IMG/VR virus record: IMGVR_UViG_3300046170_000464
Span: 16,499 to 80,498 of that record
Direction: 5' to 3' (one strand)
DNA from: a virus
Length of the DNA: 64,000 nucleotides
In this document: positions 29,632 through 37,881 of the stretch, piece after piece
How the letters are laid out: every line of letters begins with the position of its first letter
How positions within the stretch are numbered: the stretch's first letter is position 1
Notes under the pieces: model-generated
The model's database searches: none
Seen by the model: the letters and a program-made list of their open reading frames with translations, nothing else
Told to the model about the DNA's origin: nothing
Position numbers and translations under genes: made by a program

Positions 29632-30696
29632 ATGGCAGGCGGTAACAGAAAAATTGGCGGTGCCACCGGTAATACCCCTTTTCCTACAGACAGTACGGGT
29701 AAAGGTTCTTGGTCCAGAGAAGAACAATATCGTTTTAAATTACGGGGGGAGTGGCCTGTTTTTCCTGTTGGAGAAATTGGTTTAAATACAGGAGAATACT
29801 TTTATGCTATTTCTAGTGGTGTAGTAACTGGTAGTGGTACTGAATTTATACCCGCTCATGGAGCTAACGTTTCAAGAACAACTGCTGAACCTCTTTTCCA
29901 AGTAATTGGTACAAATTTTGGTATTGGAGATGGAGCTGCTAATTTTGGGGTTCCTGATGTAAGTGATGATCTGGGTTATTTAAAACCAGATATTAATGTT
30001 GTCTCAGGGACTTATTCTTCTGGCACTTTGCCTCAGCATACTCACCAATTTTTTAAACCTCAATCTAATACACCGCGAAGACTTGACTATCGAGCTAACG
30101 AGACTCAGGCTTCTGGTTGGTGGAGTAGCTATGACGGATCTCTTAACAACGGACGTTTTAAAGAAACTGTTTGTTGTATAACTAATACTGAGATGGATTA
30201 CCCAGTGGGCTCCATTATTCAGATTATGTTACCTTGTTCACCAACACTTATTGCGACTCTTCTTCCTGACAACGTTGTCATTGCTAGTGGTCAGCCGATC
30301 AGTCGAACTACATACTCTAACTTATTTGGAAAAATTGGAACTGATTACGGTGTAGGAAACGGATCTACAACGTTTAATATTCCAGATTATCGAGGCGTCT
30401 TCATCCGTGGTATACAAGGATCTGACGGAGGACTACGAATACAGCCTTCTGGAGCAATCACGGGTAGTGGATATTTTGAGTCTGATTTTCATAGACATAG
30501 GCATAGAATTAACCAAACTTTATTTATCAACATCGTACAACAACAAACTCTTGACGGAGGCGCACCTATCGATCCTTTCGGAGAAGCTTATGGCCCTCCA
30601 TCTTCATTAGCATCAAATATTGGTGGTGCAGTTGAAAATAGACCACCTAATATAACAGCATTGAACTGTGTTGTTATTGACACTTTCGCTATTTAA
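29632..30696 (+). CDS. Tail fibre protein with two tail-collar domains
   Basis: VSRTT..LF.VIGT.FG.GDG...F.VPD and ISRTTYSNLFGKIGTDYGVGNGSTTFNIPDYRGVFIRG; HTH/HRH; ENRP.N. Confidence 0.85.
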   Translation: MAGGNRKIGGATGNTPFPTDSTGKGSWSREEQYRFKLRGEWPVFPVGEIGLNTGEYFYAISSGVVTGSGTEFIPAHGANVSRTTAEPLFQVIGTNFGIGDGAANFGVPDVSDDLGYLKPDINVVSGTYSSGTLPQHTHQFFKPQSNTPRRLDYRANETQASGWWSSYDGSLNNGRFKETVCCITNTEMDYPVGSIIQIMLPCSPTLIATLLPDNVVIASGQPISRTTYSNLFGKIGTDYGVGNGSTTFNIPDYRGVFIRGIQGSDGGLRIQPSGAITGSGYFESDFHRHRHRINQTLFINIVQQQTLDGGAPIDPFGEAYGPPSSLASNIGGAVENRPPNITALNCVVIDTFAI

Positions 30697-30698
30697 CT

Positions 30699-31250
30699 AT
30701 GATTGGTCACATCACCTATTCTGCTGTTAATAAAGGTACATCCTTTGTTTCTGCTACAGGAGCAACTTATGTGCTGATGAATAATCAGACAATAAGCCGA
30801 ACGTCCTTCCCTAACTTATCTGTATACTGGGCTATAGGCTCTTTCGGTTCTACTGCAACCGAAATGGTTATTCCCGATATATCGTATTGTCAATTACGAG
30901 GTGTTGATTTAGGTCGGGGCGCTGATCCAGATAGGGCAGATAGAGTATCTATTTCTGGTATTCTTCCTTCGGGTGAGCAGACAGGCAGTTTTCAGGCTGG
31001 ACAGATGTTGTCACATGTTCATGTTTCTGGCACAGGTGCAAGTGGATTCCATGGTTTTGGACCTAATCCTATTTGCCCCTCAAACCAGTACACGCCTTGT
31101 GGCCCACTGACGCTTACAGAAGTAACAAGTACGAATATTCCATACTATAGTCCTGATCACGGGACTAATATTCACACGTCAGGCACTACAGCTAATTGTT
31201 TTGAAGTAGGTGGTGTTACTTGTTTTCCTTATATTTGTGTAGCTGTATAA
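30699..31250 (+). CDS. Tail-collar domain fibre protein
   Basis: ISRTSFPNL...IPD....LRG.D.GRG.DPD...GSFQ....SHVH. Confidence 0.8.
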   Translation: MIGHITYSAVNKGTSFVSATGATYVLMNNQTISRTSFPNLSVYWAIGSFGSTATEMVIPDISYCQLRGVDLGRGADPDRADRVSISGILPSGEQTGSFQAGQMLSHVHVSGTGASGFHGFGPNPICPSNQYTPCGPLTLTEVTSTNIPYYSPDHGTNIHTSGTTANCFEVGGVTCFPYICVAV

Positions 31251-31252
31251 AT

Positions 31253-31894
31253 TTACCTAAGCCATGTAACAAGAGCATATCGTGTGCCTTTAGTTACTGG
31301 TAATGCTTGATGAGGGTACATCCAGTTAGATGGAAAAAATATTCCAGTTCCTTTTTTTTGCTCAATTTTTACTGAATTATTAAAAAAAGATAAACCACCA
31401 TCTTCAAAATCATCGTTAAGTTGTACTGAGCAGCTCACTTTTCTATTTATTCCTTCTAATTCTGTGCCTTTGTTGTCGTTAGCATATAACTCATCTATAT
31501 GCTCCTTAAAAACACAGCCTTCGGAGTATTTAAGTATTGAATAACCCTCGTCGTATGTAAATTGTAAGTGTAGATATTGATCAACATATTTATGAGCACC
31601 ATGTGTAATTTGTTCAAATATTTTATTATCCATACTTTTTATTTTTTGAGAAAGGGGTAAATTAGATAACCAAATTTCTTCACTTGTTCTTACATCTTCT
31701 ACAACAACGTCGCTAGATACATAATCAACTTCGTTATATTTTTCAGGATTTATTTTTGGGTGGTTTACTCCGGATCGCACCCATGAATCTCCGTAATCTG
31801 TTTCTAAAGTTTCAATAATTTCGTCACATAAATCTTCTGAAAATAAACCGTGTTGAATATTTATAAATTCTTGTAAATTTTTATCACTGTACAT
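31253..31894 (-). CDS. 2OG-Fe(II) oxygenase (prolyl-4-hydroxylase-like)
   Basis: HID...RKVSC...LNDDFEDGGL.F...FPS...YPHQA.PV.KG.RY. Confidence 0.9.
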   Translation of the reverse strand: MYSDKNLQEFINIQHGLFSEDLCDEIIETLETDYGDSWVRSGVNHPKINPEKYNEVDYVSSDVVVEDVRTSEEIWLSNLPLSQKIKSMDNKIFEQITHGAHKYVDQYLHLQFTYDEGYSILKYSEGCVFKEHIDELYANDNKGTELEGINRKVSCSVQLNDDFEDGGLSFFNNSVKIEQKKGTGIFFPSNWMYPHQALPVTKGTRYALVTWLR

Positions 31895-31960
31895 ATTTAT
31901 TTTTAAGCTAGCTGTTTTTTACAGTAGACATGTTACCATACTATTTAGGAATGTCTAAAA

Positions 31961-32533
31961 ATGCAACAGACTAAACCATATGAGTATATGCTTGTTGAGG
32001 ACTTTTTTACTCAAGAAGAACTAAGCGTTGTCTGGGATGATTTAGCGATTACATTTGCTCGATCTTTGTGGCAACCACGGTCCTTAGGACAGAATGAACC
32101 TAGCATGGTCTCTAGGTCTGGTTTATTTCTTGATAAAGAAAACAATCATTTACTGCAGGGTGTTACTAAATCAGTAGACAAATTATTTGACGGTTACACC
32201 AGCACATTTGCTGAAATGTGTTTCGCTAACTATCCGGTTATTAACACTAATCGTCACTCTATGTTATGTAGTCTTTATACAAATACTGGATTCTACAAAA
32301 AACACAGAGATACTTCGGTTACGTCTGCTTTGATTTGGTTATGTAAAGAACCTAAATCTTTTACAGGCGGTGATTTAATTCTTCATGATTTAGACGAAAC
32401 AATACCCTTCAAAAATAACACAATGATAATGTTTCCAAGTCAGGCGTTTCACGAAGTAACTCCTGTAGTAATGGACGAGTCTTTAAGTGCAATAGAAGGA
32501 AGAATTTGCTTATCTATATTTATGTCTAATTAA
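31961..32533 (+). CDS. 2OG-Fe(II) oxygenase
   Basis: YKKHRD...KEPK.FTGGDL...FPS...HEV.PV...GR. Confidence 0.9.
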   Translation: MQQTKPYEYMLVEDFFTQEELSVVWDDLAITFARSLWQPRSLGQNEPSMVSRSGLFLDKENNHLLQGVTKSVDKLFDGYTSTFAEMCFANYPVINTNRHSMLCSLYTNTGFYKKHRDTSVTSALIWLCKEPKSFTGGDLILHDLDETIPFKNNTMIMFPSQAFHEVTPVVMDESLSAIEGRICLSIFMSN

Positions 32534-32592
32534 CTCTGCTTTACTTTTAACTAAACATACGACTAAGCTATAGGTAAATCGCACCATTAATT

Positions 32593-33000
32593 TTGGTCGG
32601 TTCGGAACTTGAGCTTGTATTCAATCTCCAATGTTTACAGAAAAAGTCTGCTAGAAAACGGTTCCGACGAAGCATTTTGGACGACTGGCCCGAGTGTGCT
32701 TATTGTGCTCGCCATAACCCCACTACTCTCGACCATGTTGTGCCCCGAGCTGGGGGAGGTCTACACACCCGAAACAACTTAATCGGGGCTTGTGGTGCTT
32801 GTAATCTAGAAAAATCAGACTCACCTTGGTTTGAGTGGTATCGGGGTCAAATTTTTTGGACTTCGGAAAGAGAAGACAAAATTTTAAAGTGGATTAACCA
32901 ACCTGATCCCGATAGTATTTCACCCATATGGGCTCAAAAATCAAGCGAAGAAATTCTTGCTTTACCTACAGCTGTTAATCTTACTTTGGTTAATCTATAA
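32593..33000 (+). CDS. HNH endonuclease
   Basis: CAYC...TLDHVVPR..GG.....NL..AC..CN..K. Confidence 0.9.
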   Translation: MVGSELELVFNLQCLQKKSARKRFRRSILDDWPECAYCARHNPTTLDHVVPRAGGGLHTRNNLIGACGACNLEKSDSPWFEWYRGQIFWTSEREDKILKWINQPDPDSISPIWAQKSSEEILALPTAVNLTLVNL

Positions 33001-33571
33001 ATATTTCTGGTTCAATTAAACTATACCAACCAGTCATTATGTATTTTTTTTCTGTTTTAGAAATAACTCCTCTGTGAGCGTGAGTAAAAGACGGAGGCCA
33101 AATAAGCAGTTTTCCCTCTACAGCTTTTTCTTTTAAACCTAAATATACAAATTCTGTTTCTCCTTCGTCTTCGACGGTGTTTAAATAAATCATCCAAGTC
33201 AAAAATCTTTTACAGGTTCGTAACGATTCGTTTTCAAAATGCGTTGACTTATACCCACCTGCAGGAGGAGTATATTTTTGAATATTAAAGTCTTCTATAA
33301 GTCCAAAATCAGCCTCTTTAATTATTGGAAATTCTTCTGAATATTTTTTAACACCGTCCCATAAAAAGTTTAATAAGTTAACCATGCACGGTATCTGAGA
33401 ACCATTTTTTAAGGAAATAGATATGTCCAATGACTCTTTAATTTTTTTGTTAACTCCTCCAGATATGCGCCCTTCAGCTGCGTGGCTACTCTCATTATCT
33501 TCAAACCACTGTATCACTTCAGTGCACTTTACATTACTCGGTGCGTTGTAACGTCTGATAAAATTTTCCAA
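32990..33571 (-). CDS. 2OG-Fe(II) oxygenase
   Basis: IQKY..GGY...HFE...RFLTWMIYLN.V...GET...WP..FTH.HRG...KYIMTGW. Confidence 0.9.
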   Translation of the reverse strand: MENFIRRYNAPSNVKCTEVIQWFEDNESSHAAEGRISGGVNKKIKESLDISISLKNGSQIPCMVNLLNFLWDGVKKYSEEFPIIKEADFGLIEDFNIQKYTPPAGGYKSTHFENESLRTCKRFLTWMIYLNTVEDEGETEFVYLGLKEKAVEGKLLIWPPSFTHAHRGVISKTEKKYIMTGWYSLIEPEIFID

Positions 33572-33577
33572 AATAAT

Positions 33578-33775
33578 CTATAAAATTACACCGCAGTTAC
33601 GAGGTCCACTACGGCGTATCTGTGACTTTAATTTTTTCTTGTAATTTATATTTTCTTTCTTATTTATCCATGTATCTTCGTTTAGTGTCTTTATCAAATC
33701 GTTAGTCTCTTTGCAGCTAAGAAATCCCTCAGGTACACCCGCTGACAAGAATAAAACCAACATCAACGACGTCAT
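33578..33775 (-). CDS. Small secreted/membrane hypothetical protein
   Basis: Hydrophobic N-terminus, LSC...C motif. Confidence 0.5.
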   Translation of the reverse strand: MTSLMLVLFLSAGVPEGFLSCKETNDLIKTLNEDTWINKKENINYKKKLKSQIRRSGPRNCGVIL

Positions 33776-33948
33776 TTTTTAGCAACCTTAGTAACAATAC
33801 CGGCGATCATCTCAATAATTTTGTAAAATTTTGCGTAAATTTCGTCGTCTTTAGGAGTTGGGGTCATGTTGACAATAGCCAACGCAAGTAGATGAGCTGC
33901 ACCAGCGATTCCGACGATACTAGACCAGTTTTCTAGTAGGAAAGACAT
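33772..33948 (-). CDS. Holin-like protein
   Basis: TM helix then TPTPKDD...YK.IE..AG motif. Confidence 0.65.
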   Translation of the reverse strand: MSFLLENWSSIVGIAGAAHLLALAIVNMTPTPKDDEIYAKFYKIIEMIAGIVTKVAKK

Positions 33949-33995
33949 GATAAAAAGTCGATACAATATAAATATACTCCCAGAATTCTAAATCG

Positions 33996-34283
33996 ATGCC
34001 TGCCATTCTCGAGGACGCAGTCAAGTCAATTATGAAAGACAACCCCGATATGAAAGAGGGGGCTGCCTACGCGATTGCTACAAAAACTCTTCAAAAATCT
34101 GGAGATCTAAAAGACGGAACCGTGCAAGCGACTGAAAAAGGCAAGCGCCGTGGTGAGATGAGCAAGGCTACTCGTGCGAAAACGCGAGCTGAGAAATACA
34201 AGATTGAGCGTGAAAAAGAACGTAAAGGTGAAGCAAAGTCGCGCGGTGGTCGTGATGAGCGGAGCACCAGCGGAAGGCTCTAA
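33996..34283 (+). CDS. Small basic protein
   Basis: AYAIAT..LQKSG.LK.GT...T.KG..R; K/R-rich. Confidence 0.7.
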   Translation: MPAILEDAVKSIMKDNPDMKEGAAYAIATKTLQKSGDLKDGTVQATEKGKRRGEMSKATRAKTRAEKYKIEREKERKGEAKSRGGRDERSTSGRL

Positions 34284-34871
34284 GTGCCGGAGTTTTTACT
34301 CCCCGATATAAAGCTTCCGGAAGTTAAAAAATTTCCGGAACCTGTAATAGATTATTTAGCACCAAAACCGCCTGATTATCCGACGGTCTTGGTGCCTTCT
34401 TATCGTCCTGGTAAAGCAGATAATTACCTGCCAAAAGTAACGCCAAAGGGTCCTGTTGAAGAACCTAAACCTGAAAAATCTGTTGCAGAAAAAATTGTTG
34501 AGGATGTCGTAGACGCTGTACAACCTTCCTTCGACGCATACTCTGGTCTAATAGATTCACTACGAGCAGATCTAGATAAATTCAAACTTGAAGTAGCTGA
34601 AAAAGAAGAAGCAGCTTCTCAAGTTGTTAATACTGTTAGTCTCCCTGGAAATTTAGAGATACCTATACCTAAACCTGAGATACTTGTCGCTGCTGGTACG
34701 ACGGCAACCATATCTGTGGCAGCAACGCTTACAGCCACTGCAGTTTTTAAAAAGTGCGTTAGTGCCCTAAAACCAATTGTTAAGCAAATATTTAATCGGG
34801 TTCAGCGGAAGTTAGGGAAGAAGCCCCCAACTTGGAGTAGGCAGCGATTGGCACAACGTCGTCGCAAATAG
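34284..34871 (+). CDS. Conserved cyanophage membrane protein
   Basis: Pro-rich N-terminus; IP.PEILV.AGTTA..SVAATL; basic C-terminus. Confidence 0.65.
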   Translation: MPEFLLPDIKLPEVKKFPEPVIDYLAPKPPDYPTVLVPSYRPGKADNYLPKVTPKGPVEEPKPEKSVAEKIVEDVVDAVQPSFDAYSGLIDSLRADLDKFKLEVAEKEEAASQVVNTVSLPGNLEIPIPKPEILVAAGTTATISVAATLTATAVFKKCVSALKPIVKQIFNRVQRKLGKKPPTWSRQRLAQRRRK

Positions 34872-35628
34872 CTGAGTAAGGCGATTCGGGCCGGATCATG
34901 TATCCCTTGTCGTACATATTTGTACACTCTCTCATTCTTGTGAGCAAGATATCTACTCTTGTTTTTTGTATTCTTTTACGACCTAGTTCTTTGCATATTT
35001 CTGTAATATTTCCGTCTAACGGGATGCTGATACTGATTTGAGCACCATAATTTTCACTGCGGGTGTACTGCGGGTGAAAGCCATTACCAAGATAAAAAGG
35101 TGAAAAAACCACAGTGCCGCTATTGCAGTAATGCCCAGCTCCGAATCCTTGTGTGCTGTAAGATCCTTGATTTATTTGCACCGCAGAATTTGTAACTGAC
35201 CCGGTGCTTGAAGCGATCGGGTTTGCAATAACAGAAGTTCCTTCATTCGTCTGAGCGTAAGCGGTGTTACAGCACAGAGTTACTGCGAGAACACACTTAA
35301 CGAAGTAGTTGTAGATTCTGTTTCTATCGTCCGTGTGATGTCTTGAGTTTCTGTGACAGCGTTGGCTGCTCTGGTTACTATCTCTAACTGCCAATTTTCT
35401 GCTCCGGTATTCATTGAGTAAGTAGTGCCCGTAGCTCCAATTGCTGCACTCGGAGTGGCGTTGTGTCCCGTGTAACTGGAGTATGCTCCTCCAAACTTTT
35501 CGATTTCGATTGTTTCTGTGATTGTTTGTTCCGTGGTTGTGGTGCTGTTCATTGAGCCTTGAGTAAAGGCTGGTGCAGTGTTCGCGAATGCTCCAACTGG
35601 ACTGAAAAGACTCAGTAAAACTAGCCAT
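34792..35628 (-). CDS. Secreted cyanophage protein; conserved-looking part 34792 to about 35300, start uncertain
   Basis: Signal-like VKCVLAVTLCC..AYA, ANP.A.STGSVTN.AVQIN, YG.QISISIPLD, C..V. Confidence 0.6.
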   Translation of the reverse strand: MASFTESFQSSWSIREHCTSLYSRLNEQHHNHGTNNHRNNRNRKVWRSILQLHGTQRHSECSNWSYGHYLLNEYRSRKLAVRDSNQSSQRCHRNSRHHTDDRNRIYNYFVKCVLAVTLCCNTAYAQTNEGTSVIANPIASSTGSVTNSAVQINQGSYSTQGFGAGHYCNSGTVVFSPFYLGNGFHPQYTRSENYGAQISISIPLDGNITEICKELGRKRIQKTRVDILLTRMRECTNMYDKGYMIRPESPYSAICDDVVPIAAYSKLGASSLTSAEPD

Positions 35629-35642
35629 GTGAGTTTGGTCAT
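35280..35642 (-). CDS. Secreted Thr-rich cyanophage protein
   Basis: Signal peptide, P.FTQGSM.STT, C-terminal TTTSLSVFSQ. Confidence 0.7.
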   Translation of the reverse strand: MTKLTWLVLLSLFSPVGAFANTAPAFTQGSMNSTTTTEQTITETIEIEKFGGAYSSYTGHNATPSAAIGATGTTYSMNTGAENWQLEIVTRAANAVTETQDITRTIETESTTTSLSVFSQ

Positions 35643-35899
35643 GGTTTACTTTTTGTAATATTATCCTCTTCTATCTTAGGTTTTTTTTGTTTTCCGTTGG
35701 TATCAACTGCACGTGAAATTCCATAACCAGCTAAAGATCCACTGAAAATGGAGGCTATAAAAGTAGGATCCATTTTTTGAAAGTAGCCCATGTACGAGAG
35801 TGTTAGCAATGCAGCACTCCACGCAAGAACTGATACTTTTACGACTTCACCAAGTAATTCGAACGATCGTTTGCTACTTTGGCTTTCTTCTTCAGCCAT
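35639..35899 (-). CDS. Two-TM membrane protein
   Basis: VL.WSA.LLT.SY...MDPTFIAS.FSG.LA.YGI. Confidence 0.75.
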   Translation of the reverse strand: MAEEESQSSKRSFELLGEVVKVSVLAWSAALLTLSYMGYFQKMDPTFIASIFSGSLAGYGISRAVDTNGKQKKPKIEEDNITKSKP

Positions 35900-36037
35900 G
35901 GCGTAGAAATTTACGTGTCGTACCTTAAGATACTGCCTTGATGATTACTTTTAAATGAGAAAATACGATTTGACTGTATTAGCTAAAATTAAAGGACGGG
36001 ATCATCTCCTTTCTCAATTCGTTTGTGAAATTATCTA

Positions 36038-36259
36038 ATGGCTGAGACTGCGAAGAAAAAACATCCTGAAAAATGGGCTAGAGCCAAGGCTAAAGCTCGT
36101 AAAAAAATGGGCGGACACTCTGCTCGAGCTATGCAGTTGGCTACCAAATACTACAAAGACGCGGGCGGAGAGTACGAAGGTAAAAAATCTAAGAAAAACA
36201 AACTCTCTAAATGGTCTAAAGAGGATTGGCAGACCAAAGAAGAGTATGAAAAAAAGTGA
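36038..36259 (+). CDS. Small basic DNA-binding-like protein (N-terminal half of a DUF5872-like family)
   Basis: SARAMQLA..YK.AGG.Y...LSKW.KEDWQTK. Confidence 0.7.
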   Translation: MAETAKKKHPEKWARAKAKARKKMGGHSARAMQLATKYYKDAGGEYEGKKSKKNKLSKWSKEDWQTKEEYEKK

Positions 36260-36452
36260 TTTTGGAGAAGAAGCTTACGTAACTTGCATTTTTGACGAAC
36301 GCTCTGTACGTGCGTTAAATGACGCTGTTATTTTCACTTTGAATAATTGGGCTGGTCAAGGAGATATTGACCAAGAAAAAATAATAGATTTGAGATACTT
36401 CCTACAAGGAGCTATATTTGAGTTTGAGTATGGAAGAGGCAGTGGCGGATAG
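36246..36452 (+). CDS. Hypothetical protein
   Basis: 68 aa ORF overlapping both neighbours; W.G...Q..I..LR..L...IFE. Confidence 0.6.
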   Translation: MKKSDFGEEAYVTCIFDERSVRALNDAVIFTLNNWAGQGDIDQEKIIDLRYFLQGAIFEFEYGRGSGG

Positions 36453-36657
36453 AGCTCGGGAAAAAGGGAGGACAGAACGCTATCTGCCAAAAGCAGCGTG
36501 GGCGTCTATGTCAAAGGAAGAGCGTCGTGCTACCGACGAAAAGAAAAAGCGTGCCACAAAGGGAAAGCCTGTCAATACGCATGTAGCTAACACTGAGACA
36601 GCAAAAAGAGCTGGTAAAAAAGCTCGTTCTTACAAAGCATCTAAGAAAAATGGCTAA
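36442..36657 (+). CDS. Small basic protein (C-terminal half of a DUF5872-like family)
   Basis: TERYLPKAAW..MS.EER.ATD.KK....HVANT..AK.A; GTG start with upstream GGAAGAGG. Confidence 0.7.
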   Translation: MADRAREKGRTERYLPKAAWASMSKEERRATDEKKKRATKGKPVNTHVANTETAKRAGKKARSYKASKKNG

Positions 36658-36781
36658 ACAGGGAACTTGTTGGGACGGCTACGTTCAAGAAGGTATGAAG
36701 AAAAAAGGGAATCGTATGGTTCCTAATTGCGTTCGGGCGAAGAAGAAGTCTCGGGCTCATCTTCGCAAAAAGAGTAAGTAG
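36650..36781 (+). CDS. Small basic protein with CW.GY...VPNCV motif (43 aa)
   Basis: MAKQGTCWDGYVQEGMKKKGNRMVPNCVRAKKK; not in ORF track. Confidence 0.7.
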   Translation: MAKQGTCWDGYVQEGMKKKGNRMVPNCVRAKKKSRAHLRKKSK

Positions 36782-37076
36782 ATCCCATAGCTGGGCCTAG
36801 CGGAGTATTCTCTCTATCTTCGTCAAAATTGAATTCGTAGTAAAGAGGCTCCAAATCTTTTGCTTCTGTAGTTGTCCAGTACTCATGTAGTTGCTCTGTT
36901 TGTATATTTAGACTTTTTAACGTCATTTGAGCCTTATATTCAATCCAGTCTTCGAAGCAGTGATGACGAATTTTTAAAATCCAGGGGTTAAAGCTAAGTT
37001 TTTTGTTCAGAAAACACAAAAAGTCTGTGGCTTGGTAAGCCATAGCGTTAATTTTGCTGTACTTGATGGGTTTCAT
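36723..37076 (-). CDS. Hypothetical protein
   Basis: 117 aa ATG ORF. Confidence 0.55.
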   Translation of the reverse strand: MKPIKYSKINAMAYQATDFLCFLNKKLSFNPWILKIRHHCFEDWIEYKAQMTLKSLNIQTEQLHEYWTTTEAKDLEPLYYEFNFDEDRENTPLGPAMGSTYSFCEDEPETSSSPERN

Positions 37077-37142
37077 TTGATAAAAAATCTAAGTCCGTAT
37101 TATTAATACTAAAATAAAAGATATAAACGCAAACTAGATCAC

Positions 37143-37544
37143 ATGGCTCAGGTCACCTTTAATCGTGAACTTGGGGCTGCCCCAGTCGGGATTACTCGTT
37201 TTAGTCAGTATCGTTCTGAAGACGGTGGCAACGTCGTTGTCAACTTCACCACAGAAGATACTTCTGAAGGAACCTTTAAACGTGCTGATAAGTACGGTGT
37301 TACCTCTAGTGCCACTGGAACAGGTACTGTGACACTTCAAGCAGGGTCGATGTCTGTAAAGCGTGTTTTCATTATGGATGGAACTGACGGTTCGATCTTG
37401 GGTGAGGTCGCTCCTCCTAAAACTTCAAACCGTCTTGATGTCTCGTTCACTTTCTCTGTGGGAGCATCGGTTGAGAACTATCTGTACGTTGAAAAAACTG
37501 ATCGTTCTCCCTGTGTTTACCGCGTCACTTACACTGCTGCTTAA
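37143..37544 (+). CDS. Putative virion structural protein
   Basis: Beta-rich, T/S/V-rich, biased codons, own -10-like element at 37110. Confidence 0.6.
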   Translation: MAQVTFNRELGAAPVGITRFSQYRSEDGGNVVVNFTTEDTSEGTFKRADKYGVTSSATGTGTVTLQAGSMSVKRVFIMDGTDGSILGEVAPPKTSNRLDVSFTFSVGASVENYLYVEKTDRSPCVYRVTYTAA

Positions 37545-37561
37545 ACCCAAACAGTAAAAAA

Positions 37562-37717
37562 ATGACTTCCCCACAAGATTGGGAGTGCTCTATCGCTGAA
37601 AAAGTCTTAGAAACTATGGAAGAAGGGGGTAAAACCTCTTCTTCCTACTATGTTTCTTTACAAGAGCAACTGAAGCTGTGTGAGAAAAAAAATCAACAGC
37701 TTAGTCCTGAATCCTGA
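37562..37717 (+). CDS. Small hypothetical protein (51 aa)
   Basis: MTSPQDWECSIAEKVLETMEEGG... Confidence 0.4.
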   Translation: MTSPQDWECSIAEKVLETMEEGGKTSSSYYVSLQEQLKLCEKKNQQLSPES

Positions 37718-37881
37718 TGGGTTTCTGTACGTATTAGCTGCTCTCCTTACGCAGTCAAGCTCACTGTCTTGGAAGCAGTTTTCTAGTCTTTACAACTCAA
37801 CTTTAAGAGCTGCTCTGGTGGTGTTGTTATTTCACTTTGTCTTAGGCAAAATAAATCAAAGACACCAACGCTAGAACCAGG

